Below are positions 19,957 to 29,653 of a stretch of DNA of 64,000 nucleotides, in pieces. Below the pieces are notes generated by a model. The model was not told the DNA's origin. It worked only from the letters and a program-made list of their open reading frames with translations, and made no database searches. Position 1 is the first letter of the stretch, and every line of letters begins with the position of its first letter. A program made the translations under genes and the position numbers. Source of the stretch: a virus; IMG/VR virus record IMGVR_UViG_3300029286_000012, one strand, 5' to 3'.

Positions 19957-20961
19957 ATGGCATCATTAGCAGACATTCGTGCTCGTATCGCGGCACAAGA
20001 CAACAAAACAAACAACAAGAGTTCTAATACTCAATCAGATAACTCTATCTATCCCCATTGGAATATTGACGAAGGCACAACAGCCACAGTTCGTTTCTTG
20101 CCCGATGCAAATAGTAGTAATACATTTTTCTGGGTAGAGCGTCAACTGATTAAGTTGCCGTTCAATGGTGTCAAGGGTGATTCAAACATTAAACAAATAG
20201 TTGTTCAAGTACCTTGTATTGAAATGTATGGTACAGGTGAGACTTGCCCAATCTTGGCAGAAGTTCGTCCTTGGTACAAAGACGAAACATTGAAAGAAAT
20301 GGCTAACAAGTATTGGAAGAAACGTAGTTACATCTTCCAAGGTTTTGTTCGTCAGAATCCACTAGGCGACGACAAATTACCAGCAAATCCAATCCGCAGA
20401 TTTGTTATCAGCTCACAAATTTTTAATGTGATTAAATCTAGTTTGATGGATCCTGAAATGGAAGAATTGCCAACAGATTACTTGCGTGGTGTTGACTTCA
20501 ACATTAAGAAAACAAGTAAAGGTGGCTACGCAGATTACTCTACTAGTAATTGGGCACGTAAAGAATCACCATTGAATGAGTCAGAACAAGCCGCTATTGA
20601 AGCACATGGTTTGTTCAACTTAACAGACTTCTTACCTAAGAAGCCTAATGAAGCAGAGTTACGCATCATTAAAGAAATGTTTGAAGCATCAGTAGATGGT
20701 CAACCGTTTGACAATGAGCGTTGGGGTAGTTACTATCGTCCTTGGGGACTAGAAGCACCTGCAGGAGCGACAGCGGATAAACAAACAGCTACTACTGAAA
20801 CTAGAGCAACCGCAACAGCACCCGTAGCAGAAACTTCAGCACCATGGGAAGATGAACCCGCAACAACAACTGCACCAGTTAGTGTACCGGCATCTGGCAC
20901 ATCAAGTGACAAAGCACAAGATATTCTAGCAATGATTCGTGCTAGACAAAACAAGTCTTAA
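19957..20961 (+). CDS. single-stranded DNA-binding protein (T4 gp32-like)
   Basis: VRFLPD, CIEMYG..CPI, YWKKRSY, GGYADYSTS; low-complexity C-terminal tail. Confidence 0.9.
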   Translation: MASLADIRARIAAQDNKTNNKSSNTQSDNSIYPHWNIDEGTTATVRFLPDANSSNTFFWVERQLIKLPFNGVKGDSNIKQIVVQVPCIEMYGTGETCPILAEVRPWYKDETLKEMANKYWKKRSYIFQGFVRQNPLGDDKLPANPIRRFVISSQIFNVIKSSLMDPEMEELPTDYLRGVDFNIKKTSKGGYADYSTSNWARKESPLNESEQAAIEAHGLFNLTDFLPKKPNEAELRIIKEMFEASVDGQPFDNERWGSYYRPWGLEAPAGATADKQTATTETRATATAPVAETSAPWEDEPATTTAPVSVPASGTSSDKAQDILAMIRARQNKS

Positions 20962-20969
20962 TAGGTGCT

Positions 20970-20985
20970 AGGGGCTACGGCCCCT
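20970..20985 (+). terminator. stable C(UACG)G hairpin (terminator or mRNA-stability element)
   Basis: AGGGGC-TACG-GCCCCT right after the gp32 stop; only a short T tract. Confidence 0.55.
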
Positions 20986-21001
20986 TCCAAAGGAGAACTA
21001 G

Positions 21002-21238
21002 ATGACACTACCAGATGAACGATACCGTGCCCTAAAACAAAGCAAAAGGTTGTTGGAAGAATTATGCGATCCGGGTAAAACACCCAGAGTGCCTAGTTTA
21101 ATAAGAGATAAAGCAAGGACTGCATTACGGCATTTTCCACAAGATTATGAGATTGATAATTTAGCAGATAAGTGCCCGGAACTCTTTGATAAAGTATCAT
21201 ATAGTGATAAACTATATAGCAATGGACTACACAAATAA
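21002..21238 (+). CDS. conserved phage hypothetical protein
   Basis: AGGAG SD; MTLPDERYRA...TPRVP...LRHFP. Confidence 0.75.
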   Translation: MTLPDERYRALKQSKRLLEELCDPGKTPRVPSLIRDKARTALRHFPQDYEIDNLADKCPELFDKVSYSDKLYSNGLHK

Positions 21239-21246
21239 GGAATAAT

Positions 21247-21438
21247 ATGAAATACTTAGAAAAATTAAACAAAGTAAATGAATCATTTACTGTTAACCGA
21301 TATGACAATGGCTTTATGATTGAAGTCGGCGGTCGTAATAATGAAAATGATTGGACAAACTGCAAGATTCTTTGCACTACAGAAGATGAATTATTCGCTG
21401 TAATCAAAGAAGCATTGTCAATGGAAGTGGATAGTTAA
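21247..21438 (+). CDS. hypothetical protein
   Basis: AAGGA SD; ORF abuts uvsX. Confidence 0.7.
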   Translation: MKYLEKLNKVNESFTVNRYDNGFMIEVGGRNNENDWTNCKILCTTEDELFAVIKEALSMEVDS

Positions 21439-22506
21439 ATGGCAAAACCTTTTGACGTAAGTAAGTTCCGTAAGGATATTACAAAAAGTATTGAAGGTCT
21501 GTCAATAGGATTTAACGATCCTACTGATTGGATCTCGACAGGAAATTATGCTCTCAACTACCTCATTAGCGGTGATTTTAATAAAGGCGTACCTCTTGGT
21601 AAAGTTACTGTCTTTGCCGGAGAGTCAGGCGCCGGGAAATCGTTCATCTGCTCAGGAAACCTCGTCCGACACGCACAAGAACAAGGAATTTTTGTAGTCT
21701 TAGTTGACTCAGAGAATGCCCTTGACGAAGCATGGCTACACGCACTTGGTGTGGATACTGCTGATAATAAACTATTAAAATTAAACATGGCTATGATTGA
21801 CGAAGTAGGAAAAACTATTTCTATGTTCGTTAAAGATTACAAAACACTACCAGAAACAGATCGTCCTAAGGTATTGTTTGTAATTGACTCTTTGGGCATG
21901 TTATTGACTCCGACTGATGTTAATCAGTTTGAAGCAGGTGATATGAAAGGTGACATGGGTCGTAAGCCTAAAGCACTAACAGCACTTGTTCGTAACTGTG
22001 TTAATATGTTTGGTTCATTGGGTATTGGCTTAGTTGCTACTAATCACACATATGCTAGTCAAGATATGTTTGATCCAGATGATAAAATCTCAGGCGGCCA
22101 AGGTTTCGTTTACGCATCAAGTATCGTTGTTGCTATGAAGAAACTAAAACTTAAAGAAGATGAAGATGGTAATAAGATTAGTGATGTGCGAGGAATTCGT
22201 GCGGCATGTAAAATTATGAAAACTCGTTATGCGAAACCATTTGAATCTGTACAAGTTAAGATTCCTTACGAAACAGGTATGAGCCCTTACTCAGGATTAT
22301 TAGATATGATTGAGAAGGCTGAACTTGTTAAGAAAGAAGGTAACAGTTTAGTCTATACAACACTTGATGGTGAAATCATTAAAAAGTTTCGTAAAGCATG
22401 GGAAGCAAATAGTGACGGATGCTTAGACAAAGTTATGACTGAGTATGGTCAAAAATCAACAACAAAGATAAGTACTGTAACACCTGAGGAGGAGGGTACA
22501 GAATGA
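21439..22506 (+). CDS. uvsX: RecA-like recombinase
   Basis: GESGAGKS, DSENALD, VIDSLGML, TNHTY, SGG. Confidence 0.95.
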   Translation: MAKPFDVSKFRKDITKSIEGLSIGFNDPTDWISTGNYALNYLISGDFNKGVPLGKVTVFAGESGAGKSFICSGNLVRHAQEQGIFVVLVDSENALDEAWLHALGVDTADNKLLKLNMAMIDEVGKTISMFVKDYKTLPETDRPKVLFVIDSLGMLLTPTDVNQFEAGDMKGDMGRKPKALTALVRNCVNMFGSLGIGLVATNHTYASQDMFDPDDKISGGQGFVYASSIVVAMKKLKLKEDEDGNKISDVRGIRAACKIMKTRYAKPFESVQVKIPYETGMSPYSGLLDMIEKAELVKKEGNSLVYTTLDGEIIKKFRKAWEANSDGCLDKVMTEYGQKSTTKISTVTPEEEGTE

Positions 22507-22751
22507 GTTTAAATTTTGTTACTGAAGTATGGGACGCATTGCGAACTCATATTGATTTCAACGAACGCGGTGATGCTGCCGACACATTAATCAATTTATT
22601 AATTGATAACAATTATGAAGCAGACGAAATTAAAGATGCCTTTAAGAATGACAAAGAGGTACTTAAGGCGTTAAAAGGTTATACCGATCAACACGATGCC
22701 GAAGAGTATGAAGAATATGATGAAGACGAAGACCACGAAGAATGGGATTAA
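22503..22751 (+). CDS. acidic hypothetical protein
   Basis: coupled ORF between uvsX and uvsY. Confidence 0.7.
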   Translation: MSLNFVTEVWDALRTHIDFNERGDAADTLINLLIDNNYEADEIKDAFKNDKEVLKALKGYTDQHDAEEYEEYDEDEDHEEWD

Positions 22752-23213
22752 ATGTCAAATTGGTACACAAGGGTATCACAAAATTTAAGTGTGATACCCG
22801 ATTTTATCATTCATTTTGAGAATGAATTATTATCTGCAAAAAGTGAGGTAAAGGTATACGGTAATGTTGAAAAGAACATTGCCGCTATTCCGGGACATAC
22901 CGAACATCGTTTTAATCAACTACAAGAGATAGAAGCAGTATTAAACTATCTTAATATTAAACTACGTCAAATTCGCCGTAAACACTTTCAAAAATACTTA
23001 GAAGCATACAATAGAGTATTGACAAGTCGTGATGCTGAAAAGTATGTTGATGGTGAAGATGAAGTTGTAGATTTTGAAACACTTATCAATGAAGTGGCAT
23101 TACTAAGAAATAAGTGGTTGGGAATTATGAAAGGTCTTGAAGCTAAACAATGGCAGATGGGTCACATTGTAAGATTGCGTACAGCCGGCATGGAAGATAT
23201 TACAATAGGATAA
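22752..23213 (+). CDS. uvsY: recombination mediator UvsY-like
   Basis: helical protein with AEKYVDGE and QWQMGHIVRLRTAG C-terminus; next to uvsX. Confidence 0.75.
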   Translation: MSNWYTRVSQNLSVIPDFIIHFENELLSAKSEVKVYGNVEKNIAAIPGHTEHRFNQLQEIEAVLNYLNIKLRQIRRKHFQKYLEAYNRVLTSRDAEKYVDGEDEVVDFETLINEVALLRNKWLGIMKGLEAKQWQMGHIVRLRTAGMEDITIG

Positions 23214-23222
23214 AAGTGACTG

Positions 23223-24248
23223 ATGGATCAGTATCAATTAATCTCACGTTGGATACAAGGTAATATACCAGGTAAAATACTACCATGGCAGATAGATTTA
23301 GACACTACAAATATCTGCAATCAAGCCTGCTATTACTGTAACACCGAACAATTCAGAACAGAGTTGCCGGTGTATCAAACTGTGGACCAATATATCAAGT
23401 TAATTGACAGATTACATACTTGGCGTCAACACGATAGTAATGTAATTGGAACATTAAGTAATGTTATCTTCAGTGGTGGAGGTGAACCTACACTACTTCC
23501 AGGCTATGAAGATTTATTGGAAGATGTGATTGATAAAGGTTATGTTGCCGCTATGAATACAAACGGCACAAAACTACACAAGATATTAACTATTGATACT
23601 GATAAGTTAAAGCGTATGGCTTATGTAGGTCTTGATATTGACAGTGGTAATCCTGACACTTATGAGTTAATACGTAAAAGCAAAATGACAGATAGCCCTT
23701 TTGGTAGAGTCAAAGAGACTGCAAAAGAGTTAGGTAGTAAAGGTGTTCCATTAGATATAAAAGCATTATTAATGCCAGAGAACACAAGCCAATTAGAAAT
23801 CAACAGTATATTTGAATACGCAAGAGATGTTAACGCACGTGCAGTGCATCTACGACCTATGGTATTGAATGGTCATAGCTTTATTATGAATGATGAAGTT
23901 GCTAGTAGGATTAAAACTGCAAGTGAATTTTATGGCATTAAGGCAGACGTATCATTAGGTAGATATGATGCAAGAGAATATAAACGTTGCCATCAGATGT
24001 TTTTGTTCCCTAGTTTTTGTGCTGACGGAAATATATATCTTTGCTGTGAATATAAAGGCCGAGAAGATACTAAATTAGGTTCTTGGATAGATGATGATTT
24101 TAGAGATATATGGTGTAGTGATAAACACAAAGAAATCTATAATAATTTTATAACAAGTTTCTGTAAACCTTGCAGACCTAACTCAACCAATAATAAAATA
24201 CAATCTGCTATGAATGATTATAGTCAGGTCATTAAAGGGTTTATTTAA
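23223..24248 (+). CDS. radical SAM protein with SPASM/twitch domain
   Basis: CNQACYYC, SGGGEP, TNG; C-terminal C...ADGNIYLCC...CKPC. Confidence 0.92.
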   Translation: MDQYQLISRWIQGNIPGKILPWQIDLDTTNICNQACYYCNTEQFRTELPVYQTVDQYIKLIDRLHTWRQHDSNVIGTLSNVIFSGGGEPTLLPGYEDLLEDVIDKGYVAAMNTNGTKLHKILTIDTDKLKRMAYVGLDIDSGNPDTYELIRKSKMTDSPFGRVKETAKELGSKGVPLDIKALLMPENTSQLEINSIFEYARDVNARAVHLRPMVLNGHSFIMNDEVASRIKTASEFYGIKADVSLGRYDAREYKRCHQMFLFPSFCADGNIYLCCEYKGREDTKLGSWIDDDFRDIWCSDKHKEIYNNFITSFCKPCRPNSTNNKIQSAMNDYSQVIKGFI

Positions 24249-25555
24249 AAAGGTTTGTCTTTATCCCGTTGAAATACAGCATAATCTCTTAATCTATGCC
24301 AAAAGCTTTTACGCATATTGTCAGGGTATTGAGAAGTTAATAAATCATAATTATGGTTAGTAATAACCATTGACTTATAGAAAAACTTTTTCTTTTTAGC
24401 ATCATTCCAACTTTGTATATCTTTACAAATTTCTACTATCTTTAATAATCTTTCAAATGGATCTTCAATATCATCATATGTTTCATCCCAAAAATCACTG
24501 AATGTTTTATATCCCAGTTCTTTTAGATATTCTAATGTTTTATATGAACCTACTAGAATAAATGGGTGCCTATGAACCATTGGTTTAAATATCTTTTCTG
24601 TATTAAAAATATCGTTGTTTTGAAAATTGGTTTCAGTAACTATACTAATTAAACTACGTTGGTAATACGGATCTACTGTACCAAATAATTTAGCCATAAC
24701 ATCTGGTTCCACAAACTCATCTATTTTTAAAGGCAATGTGACTTGTATTTTATCTATATCTTCTTCAGTTAATCCTAATTTATTAACTAATCTAGTATCA
24801 ATAGTTCTTCTCCAAATATCATTATCATAATCCTCACCTACAGGAAAATTGGATTTATTATTCATTGTATAATAAGAATCTTCCATTAGATTATTGATAT
24901 TCCATAACACAAATAAATTAACACGATGCCATCGATGAACTCTATTTAGGCATAGAAATGTTTTTTCAATTTTACTATAGTCTACGTTTTTTGGAAGAAT
25001 TTTATTATTAATTTTTTTATTTTCCGTTACTAATCTACTACTCAGCCATTCAAAATATTCTATACAACATATATTGATTCCTCTACTAATTTGTTTTTTA
25101 AAACAATATTCTTTATAGTATTTTTCACCATTTGCACTACCGGTTTGTAATATTACCTTTCTTAAAGGAATATCTTTTAGTTTTAAATACTCATGGATAG
25201 TATCTATAATTTTATCATTTAATATAGATTCATGTCCCAAATCAAGAAGTAAAAATCCATTTCTACCTCTTATTCCATTAAATGTATGAATCGATATATT
25301 AGTAGTAGCTAATAAATCTATTTCTGGACGATTTATCCAATCATCAGGCTCTAATCCTAAACGAATTGGATATACGAAATAATCAAGTTCTTTTAATGAT
25401 AATGACGGTACGCATTCAAACCCATCCAATGATTTAAAAAACTCGTATACTCCATTATCTATTTCTAATTTATCTAATGGTTGATTAAAATTTTGATTAT
25501 TAAGCAATGGATAAGTGGGGGCGAAATAATCGAAGGCTACTAATATTCTATTCAT
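24245..25555 (-). CDS. GT-B/GT10-like putative glycosyltransferase, paralogue B
   Basis: FLCLNR..R.HR; IVTETNF...FNTEKIFKP..HRHPFILVG resembles the GT10 E-N...TEK motif. Confidence 0.5.
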   Translation of the reverse strand: MNRILVAFDYFAPTYPLLNNQNFNQPLDKLEIDNGVYEFFKSLDGFECVPSLSLKELDYFVYPIRLGLEPDDWINRPEIDLLATTNISIHTFNGIRGRNGFLLLDLGHESILNDKIIDTIHEYLKLKDIPLRKVILQTGSANGEKYYKEYCFKKQISRGINICCIEYFEWLSSRLVTENKKINNKILPKNVDYSKIEKTFLCLNRVHRWHRVNLFVLWNINNLMEDSYYTMNNKSNFPVGEDYDNDIWRRTIDTRLVNKLGLTEEDIDKIQVTLPLKIDEFVEPDVMAKLFGTVDPYYQRSLISIVTETNFQNNDIFNTEKIFKPMVHRHPFILVGSYKTLEYLKELGYKTFSDFWDETYDDIEDPFERLLKIVEICKDIQSWNDAKKKKFFYKSMVITNHNYDLLTSQYPDNMRKSFWHRLRDYAVFQRDKDKPF

Positions 25556-26843
25556 GGTTTATATTCTTAAATTCATGCCAAAAGTTTTTACGCATGTTAT
25601 TGGGATAACATTCTGTTAAGAGTTTATGATTATGATTAGTAACAATCATTGATTTATAAAAAAACTTCTTTTTTTCTGTGTCACTCCATTCATATATGGA
25701 TTTACATAATTCAACTATTTTTAATAATCGTTCAGTAGGATCTTCAATATCATCATAACTCTCATCCCAAAACTCACTAAATGTTTTATATCCCATATTT
25801 TTTAAATGTTCTAATGTTTTATATGGGCCTACTAAAATAAATGGGTGTCTATGAATCATTGGTTTAAATATCTTTTCTGTATTAAAAATATCAGACACCT
25901 CAGATCCCTCAAAATTAGTTTCAGTGACCACACTTATTAAACTACTTTGATAATACGCACCAATCGATACAAACAAAGATAATAAATTTACTGGTCTAGG
26001 GTCATCAAGTGTAAGTGGCAACGTTTTTCCTATTTCATCAATGTATTCAGGTGTTGCCCCAACCCTGCACATTAAATTAGTATCTATATAATCATTAAGA
26101 CTATATGTTTTAGTGTCAAGCGTATATCCGGATTTATTAGGCATTGTATAAAAACTATCTTTAATTAAATCATTTAAATTCCATAGTATAAACAGATTTT
26201 TTCTATGTTGCCGCTGTCTGTTATTTAAACATAAGAATGTTTTTTCAATTTTACTATAATCTACATTTTTTGGTAAAGGTATAAATCCTTGATTATTGAT
26301 ACCTACATGGTAGTGTTTACTTGTATGCCATTCAAAGTATTCAATACAAGATATATTCATTGCTTTTTCAAAAATAATTCCTTTTCTGAAACAATAATTT
26401 TTATATATTTCTATTCCATTACAATTTCCGATTTGAAATATAACCTTTCTTAATGGAATATCCTTACTTAAAATATATGAATGCACCTTATCTAATAAAG
26501 AATCTGTCATTGCCGACTCGTTACCTAAATCTAAAAATAAAAATCCATTTCTACTACGTATGCTATTAGCTACATTAATTGACATTGAGGTTGATGATAA
26601 TATATCAATATCAGTATTATACGGCCATTCATATTGACCGAATCCTATTATTATAGGGTAAATAAATAAATCTTTATCTTTTAAAATGGATGATGGTACA
26701 CATTCATATCTTGGTATCTTATTAAAAAACTCACAACTGGTATCGTCAACTATTAACTCTGAAAATGATTTATTAAAGTTTTGATTATTCCTTAGTGGAT
26801 AATTCGGGCCCCAATAATCAAATGCTACTAGTATTCTATTCAT
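25548..26843 (-). CDS. GT-B/GT10-like putative glycosyltransferase, paralogue A
   Basis: same motifs; both paralogues begin MNRILVAFDY; late box CATAAATA at 26850-57 (-). Confidence 0.5.
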   Translation of the reverse strand: MNRILVAFDYWGPNYPLRNNQNFNKSFSELIVDDTSCEFFNKIPRYECVPSSILKDKDLFIYPIIIGFGQYEWPYNTDIDILSSTSMSINVANSIRSRNGFLFLDLGNESAMTDSLLDKVHSYILSKDIPLRKVIFQIGNCNGIEIYKNYCFRKGIIFEKAMNISCIEYFEWHTSKHYHVGINNQGFIPLPKNVDYSKIEKTFLCLNNRQRQHRKNLFILWNLNDLIKDSFYTMPNKSGYTLDTKTYSLNDYIDTNLMCRVGATPEYIDEIGKTLPLTLDDPRPVNLLSLFVSIGAYYQSSLISVVTETNFEGSEVSDIFNTEKIFKPMIHRHPFILVGPYKTLEHLKNMGYKTFSEFWDESYDDIEDPTERLLKIVELCKSIYEWSDTEKKKFFYKSMIVTNHNHKLLTECYPNNMRKNFWHEFKNINHE

Positions 26844-26870
26844 AAATTTTATTTATGTTTGTGCAAAAGG

Positions 26871-26899
26871 TTGACAATAAATCGGTTTGGGTATACAAT
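26871..26899 (+). promoter_or_regulatory. early promoter (TTGACAATAAAT class)
   Basis: TTGACA-17-TACAAT. Confidence 0.8.
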
Positions 26900-26967
26900 A
26901 GAGTCTTATTCAGTTGAAAGGTGCACATGGGTTCGAACAAAAGCTACGCTAATTTAGTAGCCAAAAT

Positions 26968-26996
26968 TTGACAATAAATGGGCTTTCTGCTATAAT
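26968..26996 (+). promoter_or_regulatory. early promoter (TTGACAATAAAT class)
   Basis: TTGACA-17-TATAAT. Confidence 0.85.
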
Positions 26997-27029
26997 AGAA
27001 TCTTAGACAGTAAAGAAAAGGACTTGGAA

Positions 27030-27407
27030 ATGACTACAGAATTCAAATCTTGGGAAGAGTTGACACAATTGGAACAAGCCCAATCTATATATTGGGATAT
27101 GTACAAGGACGCTTATGGTGTTCGCCCTCGTGGTGTTGACACTTCAACTTGGACTTTGGAGCAGTTTGAAGCTGAGTTTGAAGGACTAGGTGTGGCTATT
27201 GAAGCCGAAGATAAGGCCCGTAAAGAGGCCGAAACAGAGGCAACTGTTGTTTTTGAGCAACGGATTCAATCGTTGATTCAACTTGGTGCTAAGGACCGTG
27301 CTACCGCTATGCGTTGGATCCACGAAGCTGAGGACACTAACGGTGATGATGAGTATTTGGCTTGGACACTTAGCTTACCCTATGGGTATTTTCGTAAGGC
27401 CGCTTAA
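27030..27407 (+). CDS. early hypothetical protein
   Basis: AAAGGA SD before ATG 27030; DMYKDAYGVRPR motif. Confidence 0.75.
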   Translation: MTTEFKSWEELTQLEQAQSIYWDMYKDAYGVRPRGVDTSTWTLEQFEAEFEGLGVAIEAEDKARKEAETEATVVFEQRIQSLIQLGAKDRATAMRWIHEAEDTNGDDEYLAWTLSLPYGYFRKAA

Positions 27408-27417
27408 GGCACAAAAT

Positions 27418-27446
27418 TTGACAATAAATGGATAACGTGATACAAT
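27418..27446 (+). promoter_or_regulatory. early promoter (TTGACAATAAAT class)
   Basis: TTGACA-17-TACAAT. Confidence 0.8.
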
Positions 27447-27477
27447 ACTTGTATTGACACTGAAATAAAGGAAACAA

Positions 27478-28509
27478 ATGTCTACTATTCGCATTCTCTC
27501 TGGCTCTTATCGTAAACAATCTGTAGTCAATACAGAGTTTACATTAGTTAAAGGTTTTCAGACCGGTGCTAAAGGTGGTTATGTGACTGTTAAAAATGAC
27601 GGTCAATTCGCAATCAACATACCTGAAGTCAAGGTGCTTGTTGATAGTATCAATGAAATTGAATTTTTGAATGGAGAATCTATGACAGAAAATACAGTAA
27701 AATTTGCAAAAGCTGAACAAGCTAAAGAAACAGAAACAGAAGCAATGGACCGTATTGCGGCTCGTTTCGAGGTCCTCGATGAAATGTCACGTGCGGCAAT
27801 CAATGGTGACATTCGTGCTATGATTGTATCAGGCCCGCCCGGTGTCGGTAAGTCATATGGTGTTGAGACACAAATGGAAAAGGCAAGTATGTTTGACAAA
27901 CTTGCAGGTAAACGTGTTCGCTTTAACATTGTTAAAGGTGCGATGACTGCATTGGGTTTGTATGCTCAGTTGTACAAATATTCTGACACTAAAAACGTAT
28001 TGATTTTCGATGATTGCGATAGTGTTTTTACTGATGACTTGGCATTGAACATTCTTAAGGCCGCATTAGATTCAGGTAAGACTCGTAGAATTTGCTGGAA
28101 TAGTGATAGTCGTTTGTTGCGTGAAGAAGGTATCCCGAATACTTTCAACTTCAATGGTAGTGCTATCTTTATTACTAACTTGAAATTTGGCAACTTGAAA
28201 TCTAAGAAATTGCAGGATCACTTAGAGGCATTGCAGTCACGTTGTCACTTTCTGGACCTGACTATTGACGGTGATCGTGACAAAATGTTGCGTATCAAGC
28301 AGGTCCATCGTGATGCTGAAGGTGGTTTGTTTAGTGATTACGATTTCACAGAAGAACAATCACAAATGGTAATTGACTTTATGTGGGACAATCATACTAA
28401 ATTGCGTGAAGTGTCTTTGCGTATGTGTTTGAAGATTGCTGATTTGGTAAAGATTAGCCCTAACAATTGGAAAAATCTTGCACGTACAACGTGTATGAAA
28501 TCTGCATAA
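27478..28509 (+). CDS. AAA+ family ATPase (early)
   Basis: GPPGVGKS Walker A, LIFDDCD Walker B, FITN, ALQSR. Confidence 0.85.
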   Translation: MSTIRILSGSYRKQSVVNTEFTLVKGFQTGAKGGYVTVKNDGQFAINIPEVKVLVDSINEIEFLNGESMTENTVKFAKAEQAKETETEAMDRIAARFEVLDEMSRAAINGDIRAMIVSGPPGVGKSYGVETQMEKASMFDKLAGKRVRFNIVKGAMTALGLYAQLYKYSDTKNVLIFDDCDSVFTDDLALNILKAALDSGKTRRICWNSDSRLLREEGIPNTFNFNGSAIFITNLKFGNLKSKKLQDHLEALQSRCHFLDLTIDGDRDKMLRIKQVHRDAEGGLFSDYDFTEEQSQMVIDFMWDNHTKLREVSLRMCLKIADLVKISPNNWKNLARTTCMKSA

Positions 28510-28554
28510 ACCCTGCAGTGTGCGTAGAGGCAACGTCAATAAGTCCTCTCCGAT

Positions 28555-28575
28555 AAAGGAGCATTGCTCCTTTAG
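28555..28575 (+). terminator. hairpin, probable terminator
   Basis: TAAAGGAGC-att-GCTCCTTTA. Confidence 0.55.
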
Positions 28576-28618
28576 CCATTATGTTTGTAAATAATATTTG
28601 ACTATGATATAATAAAGA

Positions 28619-29653
28619 ATGGATTTTAAGACACTTGAAGATGTTGGCACCTTTATGCTTATCAATATACGATTAAGCAGGTATGACCTACAATTTGTAA
28701 ATAACTTAACTAATCTAATCGGCATAAAGAATATAATCACTACTAATCAGGATGGTCTTTTTAGAAAGATTGCATTAAAATACCGTAGACAGTTTACACA
28801 ACAAAAATTTGATATTGATAACTTATTGATATTACCTTGGAAATGTAATGTTATAGAAAGTTCTCCGCAGTATACAAATGCATCCATTGCTATTTTAAAA
28901 GACACTATAATTTTTAGATCACCTTTTAATAAAAACTTTTTAACTGCACTAAAAAAGAATCCAATACATTCAATGGAATGGCACAGGGACAAACGTCAAT
29001 ATGAAATTGAGTACGGACCAACAACATTAAAAATGCTAATTACATTAAGTGCGGATTACTTTGAAGTGATAGACTATTGTCCGACTACTAAAGATATTAT
29101 TAACAGTCTTAGCGAATATGAATCAGTTAAATATTGGGAGCCGACACTTGTATATAACAATGGTTACTTCTATGTAGCCGCACTCAATGAAGTATTGTAC
29201 GACATTATTAAAGATATACCACTAACCAACGATTTAGTAATGATAGCGGATTATGTTCAATATGGAATTGCCATCAGTGATTCTGTTATAGAATATTTCT
29301 CTACTATCGAAGATCCACGCAAAGTAAACCTTGCTGTTAATTTTCAAAGTGACTTTGAAATCAAAGAATTAGAAACTGCCATTAAATGGTTAAGTGAATT
29401 GGGATGTGATGGTATATCCGAATCTTCAAGGCTAAGTTCTAATTTCAAGCAATTATTCTTATTAGGAGAATATTCGGAAAATCTATTAAATCAATTAGAA
29501 ATTGATATCATAAGAGACCACTCTAACTTGAAATCATATGAGAAACCTGTTATGCTACATTATAGAAATTACGGAGCAATGGATTTTCCTACAACTCTAT
29601 TTAAAACTATAAAATGTGTAAATTCAGAACCTGTAAATTTAGGAATTAAATGA
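28619..29653 (+). CDS. hypothetical protein
   Basis: long ORF upstream of the helicase; TATAAT at 28608-13. Confidence 0.7.
   Translation: MDFKTLEDVGTFMLINIRLSRYDLQFVNNLTNLIGIKNIITTNQDGLFRKIALKYRRQFTQQKFDIDNLLILPWKCNVIESSPQYTNASIAILKDTIIFRSPFNKNFLTALKKNPIHSMEWHRDKRQYEIEYGPTTLKMLITLSADYFEVIDYCPTTKDIINSLSEYESVKYWEPTLVYNNGYFYVAALNEVLYDIIKDIPLTNDLVMIADYVQYGIAISDSVIEYFSTIEDPRKVNLAVNFQSDFEIKELETAIKWLSELGCDGISESSRLSSNFKQLFLLGEYSENLLNQLEIDIIRDHSNLKSYEKPVMLHYRNYGAMDFPTTLFKTIKCVNSEPVNLGIK

Noticed and set aside
28510-28552. ncRNA downstream of the AAA ATPase gene (AGAGG...CCTCT)
   Set aside because: Only a 5-bp stem; insufficient support beyond the adjacent terminator-like hairpin
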